Both the position numbers and the translations under genes were made by a program. Positions 1-12,400 of a stretch of 64,000 nucleotides of DNA are shown here, in pieces. This DNA is from Octopus sinensis (taxonomy: Eukaryota): the NCBI RefSeq assembly GCF_006345805.1, contig NC_043015.1, positions 620,001 through 684,000 of the forward strand, read 5' to 3'. The notes under the pieces were generated by a model, which had not been told where the DNA came from, ran no database searches, and was given only the letters and a program-made list of their open reading frames with translations. Position 1 is the stretch's first letter. Every line of letters starts with the position of its first letter.

Positions 1-475
1 TATAGGAAGCCTAGTATACCCATCATGACTACCCGTTTGATAAGAGTACACCAGGCACATGCCTCATAACCATATGTGCGCGACAGAGTGATCTCATACC
101 AAGATAAACAGCACATGACCTTGCAGGTAGGGCCCAGTTAGAATTTTCTTCAGGTCAAGGAGCCCATCTCGCTCAAAATGTTCATGAATAAGGGCTGCTT
201 AAGGATGTTGAACGAAACACCCATGTTTCTAGAGGTGAATTATCCAAACGCCCCAAATTTCCTCTCAACACATGGCTATGATGCTCCCCCACTACTGCTG
301 CTCGGGATCAGATTCACATATCGTCAGCCACCAAATGACATGCTCAGCTGATTAAGGCCAAATAAATGGCAAGCAAATCTGTGGTATTGAGCAGAATATT
401 TTATACCCATCTTTTATACTAAGACAAAACAATGTACCTGATAACACTTCCAATCACTTAAGATGAGAAGCCTGG
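1..475. repeat. Dispersed repeat family E, copy 1 (runs off the window start; class unknown)
   Basis: Colinear with 5752-6228. Shared blocks include CATCATGACTAC, ACACCAGGCACATGC, ACCATATGTGCG, CCCATGTTTC(T/C)AGAGGTGAATTAT, GGCTATGATGCTCCC and CCCATCTTTTATAC. Confidence 0.8.
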
Positions 476-477
476 TA

Positions 478-603
478 CTGCATCAGTAATATTATTATTA
501 TGATTATGATTATTATTATTATTATAATTATTATTATTAGTAGTAGTAGTATTAGTAGTAGTAGTAGCAGCAGCAGCAGTAGCAGTAGTAGTGGTAGTAG
601 TAA

Positions 604-637
<34 letters not shown>
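478..637. repeat. Compound (ATT)n-(AGT/AGC)n microsatellite
   Basis: Tandem trinucleotides seen directly; explains ORFs 458-655 and 500-781. Confidence 0.95.
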
Positions 638-870
638 CAAATTACTGTAACACAAAACGTTGAATTTGAATCATGGTTAGTTCGCCTGGCAAAATGTTTA
701 GCAGCTATTTGTCTATCTTTACATTCTGAATTCAAATTCAAGTTAGATCTACCCTGCCCCTCAATTTTTCTGGATCGATGAAATAGTAGCCTTCTCCAAA
801 ATTTTAGGCTGCATGCTTTTCGAAGATAAGGTTTTAATCATTGTTCTTGTTGTTGTGTGATAAGTAGCTT

Positions 871-1236
871 GCTGTGTGTGGCTGCGTGGTAAGTAGTTTG
901 CTTACGACCACATGGTTCAGGGTTCAGTCCCACTGCGTGGCACCTTGGGCAAGTATCTTCTACTATAGCCTCGGGCCGATCAAAGCCTTGTTAGTGGATT
1001 TGGTAGACGGAAACTGAAGGATGCCCGTATATGTTTGTGTGTCTGTGTTTGTCTCCCCACCATCACTTGATAACCGATGCTGGGGTGTTTACGTCCCCGT
1101 AACTTAGCAGTTCGGCAAAAGAGAAAGATAGAATAAGTACTAGGCTTACAAAAATAAGTCCTGGGGTAGATTTCTTCGACTAAAGGCGGTGCATCAGCAT
1201 GGCCGCAGTGAAATGCCTGAAACAAATAAAAGAGTA
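871..1236 (+). mobile_element. SINE family A, full-length (tRNA-like head, CORE-like box, LINE-derived tail)
   Basis: Head GGCTGCGTGGTAAG...GGTTCAGTCC, then CACCTTGGGCAAGT (resembles the CORE-SINE domain start), and tail GGCGGTGCATCAGCATGGCCGCAG...AAAAGAGTA. At least 5 other copies are in the window. Confidence 0.9.
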
Positions 1237-1989
1237 TCCGGTTGTTTTAGTTCAATAATGAAACCACGAAACCAAATAGGAACAAAACAAAGGAAAAATT
1301 AAGAGAGCCAAGACGCCGAGGCTTTCAAGAAACACACCAAAATATATACTCTCAAACCAATTGACACATAAGCAAAAATAACTGCGAAAGTTGCGATTGA
1401 ATACGCATAAACATTCTCGCAAGTTTTTGTACATTTGTGTGTGTGTATATGTGTGTGCGTGTAACCCTCAAACACCACTTCAGAGCTTGGTTGCTATTCA
1501 ATTTCTGATCAATTGACATTTGACATAGCATCTCGATTAAGTTGAGTAACGGGTGTCTATTTAACAATGATCTGAGAAACGCAAAGAAAGAAAATAGTTA
1601 AACACCATATAACAACCAGAACAGTGATAAAGAAACCACCGACAACAACTGTTAGACCAAAGACATCAGGAAAATAAACAGGACAACGGCAACAACAACA
1701 AAGGCCATCAGTATCATATATACACATATATAAACAAATTGGAAATAGTATAAAAAAAGTATTTCAAAACTATACATAGAAATAATGGAATGAAAAGAAG
1801 AACAATGATAAGGTCAACAACATAAAAATTATTTTAATAACAAATTCGAAATTAACAATGATATTTTCGTTTTTTTTACCAGAAAAGGTTTATAGGACAA
1901 AGCGTTTGAAGAAATTATTTGATATGTATAACTAAATATGCGAACGTATTTGTGTGTGTGTGTGAGACGCAGCTGTGTGCATGTATGTA

Positions 1990-2044
1990 TGTTTATATAT
2001 TATATATATATATATATATATATCCATATATTGTATATACACAT

Positions 2045-2088
<44 letters not shown>

Positions 2089-2215
2089 TATATATATCTA
2101 TCTATCTATATATATATATATAAATATATATATCTATCTATCTATATATATATATATATCCATATATATGTATATACACATACACACACACACATATATA
2201 TATATACTTATGAAT
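1990..2215. repeat. (AT)n/(AC)n microsatellite block; representative of many (4800-5190, 7020-7080, 8990-9600, 12290-12420, 21343-21570, 21990-22320, 26990-27265, 55480-55740, 61850-61995)
   Basis: Seen directly; source of the YIYIYI ORFs. Confidence 0.95.
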
Positions 2216-2482
2216 ATGTACATACACATAGGCTTATAGGGATATTTATACATATAACAGGCAAATACGCAGGCGATGATACGTAAAAAGAGCTAATAGT
2301 ACCTTCGATATAATAGAACAATGTTAAGGAAGACTGAAATAAAATGAAAACTTTTAGAGAAAAAAATTCCCCCTAGAAAGAAAGAAAAGAGTGAAAATCG
2401 TATTGTAGTAAAACACCAGCATTAGAAAGAGCAACACCAATAAAATGAATTTTCACTATAGCACTGTCCAACCACAACCGTA

Positions 2483-2677
2483 GTGGAGGCGCAATGGCCC
2501 AGTGGTTAGGGTAGCGAGCTCGCGGTCGTTAGAACGCGCTTTCGATTCCTAGACCGGGTATTGCGAGTGTTTATTGAGCAAAAACGAGCTACGCTCCACG
2601 AGGCTCCGACGGAGGTGAGGTGAACCCCGCTGTACTCTTTCACCACAACTTTCTCTCACTCTTTCCTCCTACTTCTG
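2483..2677 (+). mobile_element. SINE family C, 3'-truncated
   Basis: GTGGAGGCGCAATGGCCCAGTGGTTAGGG head with A box and TTCGATTCC B-box-like motif; colinear with 3044-3426. Confidence 0.85.
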
Positions 2678-3043
2678 CCACAAAGCAGAGGAATCCTGGT
2701 GTAATCCACTATGGTGTGGTAAATTTTCAGACCCTAGTCTAGATCGTAAATCCTCTGTACCCCAGGATGGTTCAGCTCTCCACCCGATAAAAACCACCGT
2801 TTACTGAATGAGGATACCAACGTAGCTTTCGCGCCCGTGCAACCGCCAGTCTATCGTGTGTGGTGGGTGGGTCTTCAAGTTGCCAAATGCATTTTTAGTA
2901 GCTCAGAGTAGGCTCGAATTAGAGATTATCCTTTGTGGCTAATGGCGTGATTCCTGATTAGAAGAACACCACGACCGTCTTTATGGAAACAAGTTTCGTA
3001 ATAAATGTTACGGATTCAATTTCATTACAATTATTTGTGAGGG

Positions 3044-3426
3044 GTGGAAGCACAATGGTCCAGTGGTTAGGGCAGCGGACTCGCCGTCTTAGGGTCGCAG
3101 TTTCGATTCACAGATTGAGCGTTGTGAGTCTTTATTGAGGGAAAACACCTAAATTTCCACGAGACTCTTGCACGGGGTGGTGGCGATCCCTGTTGTACTC
3201 ATTCACCACAACTTTCTCTCACACTTTCTTCCCGTTTCTGTCCTACCTGTATTTCAAAGGGACGGCCTTGACACACTCAATGTCACGCTGAATCTCCCCG
3301 AGAACTACGTTAAAGGTACACGTGTCTGTGGAATGCTCAGCCACTTGCACATTCATTTCACGAATAGGCTGTTCCGTTAACCGGATGAACTGGAACCCTC
3401 GTCGCCGCAACAGACGGAGCGCCACG
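3044..3426 (+). mobile_element. SINE family C, full-length, tail type 1, with 10-bp target-site duplication
   Basis: tRNA-like head; ends ...ACAGACGGAGCGCCA; flanked by ATTTGTGAGG at 3033-3042 and 3427-3436. Confidence 0.9.
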
Positions 3427-3782
3427 ATTTGTGAGGAAATAGCTTCCTCCATATCCTTTGGCTAACGTAGCAAGTTTTTTGCTGAAAGTTTTGAAGTGTA
3501 AAAGATCGTATGTTAATAGGCTTGTCACATATTATGTCAAGCTGATTTTGTAGGTGGGTTTATATTACGGGTAAATTGTATGTTGGATACTGAGGTAATA
3601 ATTCGATGAGTGTATTATGCAACGATGAGTGTATTGTGCAACTACGATACATGAACTAGAATACTCATCAAATTCATTCTTTGAGGTTGAGTTTTGTAAA
3701 TTGAATTTATTTGGTTGCATGTCCGAGGCTTAAGAACAACTCGCTTTGAAGCAAATAATGCGCTTTTCCATTTTGCGTCAAG

Positions 3783-3830
3783 GATGTGATGATGATGATG
3801 ATGACGACGACGACGATGATGATGATGATA

Positions 3831-3874
<44 letters not shown>

Positions 3875-4525
3875 AATGATGATGATGATAATGAGGATGA
3901 TGCTGACGACTACGATGCTGCTGATGATGATGATAATAATGATGATGATAATAAGGATGATGATGACGACAACGATGATGATGATAACGATGACGACTAC
4001 GATGATGACAGCTACAAAATTAATGATGATGATGACAACGACGACAATGTTGATCAGGGTAAGACGAGGGCGACGATTGTGATGATGTCGACAATTCCAG
4101 TGGTAATAATGATGCTAAAAAGGACGACGTTATCGAAGATAAGGATTATGAATATCGAGATGGTAAGAATGATGATGATACTGACTAACGATGTGATGCC
4201 ACTAATGCTGTTGCTGATGCTGACGGTGATGCTGATTTGAAAGCGAATGATAATAATAATAATACTGATGTTAATGAGTGTGCTGAAAACTACTATAAGA
4301 ATGCAAACGATGACCACCAGGATGACTAAAGCACCAAAGACCTCGCTGCTGATGTTGATGATGATGGTGATGATGACGAGGAGGAGAGCGATGATGATGA
4401 TGACGACGATGATGCTATTGACGATGTTGCAGATAACCATGGTGTTAGCGTTGAGGTTGTTGTTGTTGTTAGTGGCTAAAATGATGAATATAATTGAGAA
4501 GATGATGAACAATATAAGATGATGA
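3783..4525. repeat. Degenerate (GAT/GAC/AAT)n trinucleotide mosaic
   Basis: Pure GAT arrays at the 5' end decay into a mosaic; gives poly-Asp, poly-Met and poly-Ile ORFs in different frames. Confidence 0.9.
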
Positions 4526-5281
4526 TGAAAAGCATCAAAGTGATGATAGCGCCGGTGAAAAGAATGATGAATTTTACTCAGATAAATTGCAAAGAAAAAA
4601 AAAACAAGTGAAAAAACAAGCAAACAATAAAATGTAATCAAAGAGAAAAATGAAGTTTATTTAGGAAAAATTACGTTTCTATCATTCACTCTGTTGTTTT
4701 ACTTTGTTTTGCATTTTCGTTTCAATCTTTATTAAAATGAGTCTTTAATTGGATCGATCAGATCTTAACGATATTTGCATAGAGATGGCGAGATACATAT
4801 GAATATATAATATATAATATATATATATATATATTATATATATATAAATTATATATCTATATATATATATATATATATATATATCATATATATATATATA
4901 TATATTATATATATGTATGTATATGTATCTATATCTATATATGTATCTATATATGTATCTATATATGTATATATATATATATACATACATATATTTGTAT
5001 GCATATATAAGCATGTGCAACACACACACATATATATACAGTGTATATATGTATGTTTACACCCCACCACACACAACACACATATATATATACATATATT
5101 TATATATACATATATATATATATATAATATATATATATATATATACACATATACATGTATATACACACACATATACACATCTTTATATACATGAATATAC
5201 GTTATTATTACCATTAATATTACGTTGCACGCATAAGCGAAAGCAGTGTATTGCAGTCATTTGTCTTCGTCTGTTTGTCAG

Positions 5282-5338
5282 TGTGTTCGCTAAATCCTGG
5301 AAAACGGCTGAACGTTTTCGCAGAACAATACTCATCAA
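5282..5338 (+). CDS. Candidate exon 1 of an unidentified host gene (57 bp, phase 1-1; [18 protein letters not shown])
   Basis: Acceptor TTTGTCTTCGTCTGTTTGTCAG, donor AA|GTGAGT, open frame, unique-looking sequence, phase-compatible with 10029-10075. No homology recognised. Confidence 0.4.
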
Positions 5339-5751
5339 GTGAGTGGCTCGAAATGATGAACATTTGGATTGATTATCTTGATTATCGAACTTGCAAAATT
5401 TTCCGTTAAGCAAGTGATCATATTAATCTGTTCACTTTCTTTTTCATATGAATCGTCCCTCGTCTGCTTGTACATAGACCTACGCACGTAGATACATGTG
5501 AGTATATACAAACATGCATAAATACATAAATAGATAAAGCGACTGTGTGTCTGAGAGAAAGGAGTGTGTGTGTGTGTGTGCGTACACAGATGGATTCAAG
5601 GGTTTCGTTTACTTATGAGTTGATTTCTTAATTTTGCGAAAAAGATTATCTGCGCGGAGGGTATGCATCGAACCTCCAATGCTTTTTTTTTTTAACTATC
5701 GTTATTGAGTCAGAGAGTAGCGCATGCCATCAAAAGGACACTCACGTACAA

Positions 5752-6228
5752 ATATACGAAGCCCAATATATACATCATGACTACTCATATGATAAGGTTA
5801 CACCAGGCACATGCATCACAACCATATGTGCGTCAAATTGTGATCTTATATCAAGATAAAAAGCACATTATCTTGCATGTGGGGCCTTGTTAGAATGTTT
5901 TTAAGGCCGGATAGCCCGTCCCGCTAAGGTTTGTTTAATAATGATAAATAAATAAGGTTTGTTTAATGATGATAAATAAATAACCCATGTTTCCAGAGGT
6001 GAATTATTCAAACCCCAAAGAATTCCTCTCAAATCGTGGCTATGATGCTCCCTCACTACATCGGCTCGCGAACAGAGATGCACTTATCATCAGCTATCAA
6101 GAGACATGCTCAACTAGTTAAGGTCATAAAATTCACAAGCAAAGCTGTGCTTATTGTGCAGAAGATTTGCTGTAGCCCATCTTTTATACCAAGACTAAAC
6201 AACCTCCAGTCAGTTATCAAAAGCCATG
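5752..6228. repeat. Dispersed repeat family E, copy 2
   Basis: Colinear with 1-475; carries a local ~28-bp tandem duplication at ~5928-5983. Confidence 0.8.
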
Positions 6229-6893
6229 AGAGCGTTTTTGGAGGAAGCTTACGACGACAAGGCATTTGATCATACGCAATGTTTCGAGTGGCACGGGTGC
6301 TTCAAAAGCGGAAGAACTTCCTTGGAAGACGAGACGTGATCTAGAAGACCTGCAATGAGCGTCACCCCAAGAAATGTGGTATTGTTCATAGAGAATTCCA
6401 CCCGTAAGGACAGACTGTCACTCAAGAGTTCCACTACGAAGTTTTGAGGCATTCAAGGGAGGCCATTCGGCGAAAGTGACCGGATCTATTGATCGCAAAG
6501 ATATGGATTCTTCACGACGGCAATGCACTTTATTACCGAGCTCTTCTCGGTCATTTCTCGCCAAAAGCAACATGATATCGCTTTGGCCTCATCCCGACCT
6601 ATTCACCAGATTTAGCACTAGCGGACTTCCATCTTCTCCAAGATAAAATGTACAGCTCAAAGGTCGCCGCTTTAAAACAGTTGTCGGGGTCCAGAACGAA
6701 TCAAAGATGGTCCTTGACTCACTTACGCAAAATGACTTCCAGACCGAATTCCAAAAGTGAAAGGAACGTTGGAACCGATGCATTGCTGTGAAAGATGACA
6801 ATTTCGAGGAAGATGACGTTAAAACTTAGGAATATATGTTACTTATTTTTTAAAACATAACTAGTCAGGGAACATTTTAATACCACATGTGTA
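6229..6893 (+). mobile_element. Internally deleted, decayed mariner transposon
   Basis: N-terminal HTH relic EEAYDDKAFDHTQCFEWHGCFKSGRTSLED is joined at ~6378 to C-terminal GIVHREF...WILHDGNA...YSPDLALADF...LKGRRF...ERWNRCI. A TIR-like right end finishes in TA at 6892-6893. Confidence 0.85.
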
Positions 6894-7017
6894 TCAGCGT
6901 TATGGGAATACTGTCGTTGACTAATACGTGTGTATATGTGACAACTGTGTATATCCGCTGCATATATGTTATTGGTGTAAGAGTCCGTGTGTGTGTTGGG
7001 TGTGTATTATATAGATA

Positions 7018-7075
<58 letters not shown>

Positions 7076-7332
7076 GTATGTACGCGTGTGTAGTACATCT
7101 GAAAATGTGTGCTTACGTACCTGTTATATATTCGTGAAGGCGTGTTTAGGATGCATGTATGTTTTTTGTTCATATAGAAGACTAGAGAACTTGCAGGTGA
7201 ACATTCTTGTATTTGTACGTAAACGTATGAAAGCTTGCAGTTTTTGTCAAGAGTTGTGTGCGCGTTTACGTGCTTTTCATATTTATGCGATCGGGCGTCT
7301 CTCTCACGCACACGGCGCATGTTTGTATATAT

Positions 7333-7455
7333 AGGCGCAGGCGTGGCTGAGTGGTAAGCAGTTTCCTTCCCAGCCACATGGTTTTGAATTGATTCCTATG
7401 GTGCGCCGCTTAGGCAAGTGTATTCTGCTATCATCAGGTTGACCAAACAGTCATT
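7333..7455 (+). mobile_element. Degenerate SINE family A 5' fragment
   Basis: GGCGTGGCTGAGTGGTAAG...CCACATGG...GGCAAGTGT matches the family A head. Confidence 0.6.
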
Positions 7456-7491
7456 AATATATATATATATATATCTATATATAATATATAT

Positions 7492-7583
<92 letters not shown>

Positions 7584-7584
<1 letters not shown>

Positions 7585-7903
7585 AAGGCACATGGCTCAG
7601 TGTTAAAGCATCGAGCTTACGGACGTGAGGTTATGGGTTCGATTTCTGGACTGGGATGCGTGTTGTGTTCTTGAGCAGGACACTATTTCATGTTGCTCCA
7701 GTTCACTCAGCTGTAGGAATGAGTCGCGACGTCACAGGTGCCAAACTGTATCGGACATTGGATAATACTGGTGGCGTGGAGAAGAGAGGCCGGTATGCAT
7801 GGACGACTGCTGGTCTTCCATAAACAACCTTGCACGGACTTGCGCCTGGGAGGGTAACTTCCGAGGTGCAATCCTATGGTCAGTCATGACCGAAGAGTGT
7901 CTC
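7584..7903 (+). mobile_element. SINE family D (tRNA-like head, CORE-like box, distinct tail)
   Basis: A box TGGCTCAGTG, B box GGTTCGATT, and GTGTTGTGTTCTTGAGCAGGACACT resembling an invertebrate CORE domain. Single copy here. Confidence 0.65.
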
Positions 7904-7906
7904 AGC

Positions 7907-7953
<47 letters not shown>

Positions 7954-9029
7954 CGTGTGTGTGTGTGTGTGTATACGTGCGTGCGTGCGTGCGGAAGTGT
8001 TTCTTTGTGCACTGTTTTCCCCGTAAACATCTCGATAATGGTGTTGTTGTGCTTACCTGTATCTCGATATTACAACATAGTTAAAGTAGCAATGTTCGAA
8101 AATATATTCTCAGCATATTAGAGACAAGATGAAAATCCGAGCACATGTCTTTGAGGAAAGTCATAATACTGTGTAAAAACTTTGTTGATAATTCCGAGGA
8201 GTTCAAAACTTCAGTCATTTATAACCCTGGGTATAAATGTTGTACAAATTTGAAATTGCAAATTGGCTGGAGATATACTTAAACCTTTGATGTTAACCGC
8301 CATTGATTGTTACCGGTAAACATATAAGAATGTATTCCAGGCTCTGAAAGGCTTGGCTATGTCTTCTGTATTTATATGAACAGCTTCTGGCGTCTCATTA
8401 TAAATCCAAAGATAGACACAGGCAGAAACACACAGAAACAGACTCACACACAGACACAGAGGAGACAGAGACACACATACACACATATGTGTGTGGGGGA
8501 AAGGGGGTCATGAACGTGCGTATGCATATGAGTACATGTGTATAACCGCGTATGTATATTTGCACGGGGATATAGGTGTATACGAGACGCATTTGAAAGA
8601 AGCAATGAGAAGCAAAATATATATAAACAGCTTGGTAGAGAGACAGAGATATCTATATGGAGAGAGAGAGAGAGAGAGAGAGAGATTAATACACATTTCA
8701 GTGTTATAACAACCGTTATTTCTTTGGTTTTGCTGACATATCATGGCGAGAAAGACATTTAGATTTTATGAAAAATATATTCATTAATTGTTTAAAATTT
8801 TGAAATCAGTTTCGTGAAAATTAATTAGACAACTCAAATATACTCTAGTTCCTAGATGTGTTTGCACACTCATTCGCGCACACCAGTAAATATACACTTA
8901 CATTTTTATATAAAATTACATATATACGGATACATGTGCATATATATGCATATCTTGTACCTATGGAATAACACACATACACATGTATATATGTGCTAAC
9001 ATATATGCATACATATATATGTGTTTGTA

Positions 9030-9062
<33 letters not shown>

Positions 9063-9088
9063 GAACATATGCATTTATGTGTATGTAC

Positions 9089-9177
<89 letters not shown>

Positions 9178-9413
9178 CATATGTTGATGTACATAAATGC
9201 ATATGTTCATACATGGTCATATACTTATGCGTATAAGTGTAGGTATGTATTTATGTATCAATGATTTTATGCTTCTCAACATGATATATTTATCTGTGCG
9301 TATAGAAATGTATATATCAATGCAGGATCTGTGTTAACTCACTGGATTATAAGTATGTATATATGATTGTCTCTATGTATATTTGTGTATGTGTTTGTAT
9401 ATATATACATACA

Positions 9414-9511
<98 letters not shown>

Positions 9512-10028
9512 TATATATATATACATATATATACACACACACGTATGATATATATATATATATATGTTTGTGTGTGTATATGTATGTATATATATATGTG
9601 TGTGTTTGTGTGTCTGTGTAAATGAGCAACGATATTCACATATATACATTCCAAGGAATTTTAATGAATTCTCAACATGATAATATGATTTTCAATTAAC
9701 CATTTCCACACTAGGGGGTCTCAAGTTATTTAAATATCCCCCCTCTTAACTTTTCAACCAGAAACATAAACAAAATATATCACTGTGTTTTATTCATATT
9801 CGAGAATGAACGTACAGTTTTGGAATCTTATGCTATGTTACAAAATTAGAAAACTCTTCTCTGCTGTAATTACCTTTATGTTTATCATTCTCGATAACCT
9901 TCAATTTTAATGTTATAATTTCTTACTCTCATGCATATAAAGTTGTTATTTGTTGTCTACGTGAATGAGAGATCTGCTTCAGATATCGCGTTATTACGCG
10001 CTGTCTGATAAATGACGTTCAATAACAG

Positions 10029-10075
10029 ACCCTACCATGCTTCCTTACTTTCTTGGTGATTGGACCTTTGAATAT
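10029..10075 (+). CDS. Candidate exon 2 of an unidentified host gene (47 bp, phase 1-0; N-PTMLPYFLGDWTFEY)
   Basis: Strong donor AT|GTAAGT, weaker acceptor TTCAATAACAG, open frame; joins in phase to 5282-5338 and 24203-24280. Confidence 0.4.
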
Positions 10076-10350
10076 GTAAGTGCAACTTCAAGATAGTATG
10101 GAGATTATATCATGAGTTGATGGTGATGTAATTAACGGAAATATTCGAGATGAAGGTAAAATTTAGCTTAATGGATATTCAGGAAAAAAATATTCCTTAA
10201 AATTACAATCCGATTTTAAGGTTTAGTGCAAATATGTTAAGATTTCTATGTTCTAATTATTGTGTCAGTTGGGTAAAGTGATAGAAGTTTCCTTGGTGGT
10301 TCTGCAGCTGCTATTTTTCATAATAATATCAATGGTGATAAAGAGACATA

Positions 10351-10570
10351 AATAATTACTTCAAATAAAGGCAAAAGCCCTGAAATTTGCGGGGTAGGGA
10401 CCAGTCAGTTACATCGACTCCAGTGTTTCACTGGTAATTAATTTCTTGACAGGGAAAGGAGGAAAGGCAAAGTGGACCTTGGCGGAATTTGAACTCGGAA
10501 CCTAGCGACGGGTGGAATACAGTGAAGCATTTCGTCCAGTATGTTTAACTTTCTGGCAGTTCAGCGCCGT
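10351..10570 (-). mobile_element. SINE family B, tail variant B3
   Basis: Reverse complement reads GGCGCTGAACTGCCAG...GAGTTCAAATTCCGCC...CTGGAGTCGATG...AAATTTCAGGGCTTTTGCC. Confidence 0.75.
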
Positions 10571-10699
10571 ATAAAGTGCGATAAATAATAAGAAGGAGAA
10601 GAATAAAAGAAATAAGCAGATAGATATACAAACAGAGAGAAATACGGACAGACAGGTAATTAGATAATCAAACCATTAATTAGATTAATAGACTAATGG

Positions 10700-10775
10700 A
10701 TAGACAAACAGATAGATAGATAAACAGATAAATAGATAGATAGACAGATAGATAGAAAGACAGACAGACAGACAT

Positions 10776-10831
<56 letters not shown>
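10700..10831. repeat. (ATAG/ACAG)n tetranucleotide array; similar arrays at 23400-23586, 24370-24680, 38580-38670, 51710-51975, 57115-57300
   Basis: Seen directly; source of the IYLS ORFs. Confidence 0.95.
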
Positions 10832-10832
<1 letters not shown>

Positions 10833-11045
10833 ATGAAGAGCTGTAACCCAACTTGTCGAGGCAGTTATGATATACCAAATGCCCAGAAAATCAGATGGAA
10901 TGAGTTTCTTTATCCATTCATTTGACCGTAGCTATGCTTGGGCGCTGCCGGAATATAGACATATATATATATATACCTGCATACATGCATATTTACATAA
11001 TATGTGCACACATATACATATACATTTATTTGTATATATATTGTC

Positions 11046-11079
<34 letters not shown>

Positions 11080-11894
11080 TATGCTCACACAGACACACAG
11101 GCGCACACAAAAACACACATACTTATATATATATATATATATATAATTAACCAAATACAGTGATAGAAAACAGTGTTACTCATTCCATATTTATAAATAT
11201 AGCAGGCAGAAACACACTGAAATAACACGCAAGAAAAAAAAGCTACATCAAAAACTGAGTACTTCAAGTTAAGCCGGCAAAGCGTTGTCAACAGATTGTT
11301 ATCGGAGCGAATATTGACTAACATCAGTCAACAAAATCAAAAACTTGATCGCTCCTCCCCGCTTGGTCAAAAATGTCATCGCTATGATCAGCGCCGCCTT
11401 CTCCATCATATAAATGATATTACCAATTTAACACCGTTAACTATCAACCGATTTAAACACGACAAACACGAAGAACTGTAACAAAAAGACAAACAACGAT
11501 AACCAAATAGAAATCAGCGAAAAATATGACGAACAAAATGATGATATAAAGACGGCAAGACTATCATCAAAAGGCAGCCATCTTTGTATATAACGTTGAT
11601 ATCTCTGTCGCTCTTATTGTGAAGTAAAAACTTTTTGATAATCTGCTGACATTTCAAACAGAGCCGAGACAGGCCGCGCTTATCTTGCCGGCATAGAAAA
11701 AGCAAAAGGAAAAAAAGAAGTCAGCTACAAACATCACAAGAAAAATAATCAGGAAAAAAAAATTACAAGAAGAAAAGGATTGCAAAAAACTACAAGAACA
11801 GCATTATGATCAACATCAGTAACGTTATCAGGAAAATAAAAATAGGAGCAATAAGATTGATAACCACAACAACAACAATACCAAAAAGAAAAAC

Positions 11895-12166
<272 letters not shown>

Positions 12167-12310
12167 TGCGAAAAAAATTATTGTTGAAAGATTTTCAGGA
12201 AGTGAAAAAACATAACAATACCTAAAAAATACTTAAAAAAACAAAATCTAGTACTTTATCTAAACTTGACCTAGGAATATATACATACATACATACATAC
12301 ATACTTATAT

Positions 12311-12360
<50 letters not shown>

Positions 12361-12367
12361 ATATACA

Positions 12368-12400
<33 letters not shown>

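Noticed and set aside
1919-2239. Numerous [10 protein letters not shown], poly-I, poly-M and poly-K ORFs throughout the track
   Set aside because: They are translations of (AT)n, (ATCT)n, (AAT)n, (GAT)n and (AAG)n microsatellites and are open in several frames at once.
3746-4240. Asp-rich biomineralisation-type protein
   Set aside because: It is pure GAT repeat with no signal peptide or convincing splice structure; kept only as a low-interest repeat observation.
5297-5308. PGKR in candidate exon 1 as a neuropeptide amidation and cleavage site
   Set aside because: A single motif in an unproven exon, with no recognisable peptide family or repeats.
8056-8110. Minus-strand exon candidates (CAG|GTAAGC at ~8056; also ~63502-63530)
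   Set aside because: Good donors but poor or stop-blocked acceptors, and I could not build a consistent minus-strand chain.
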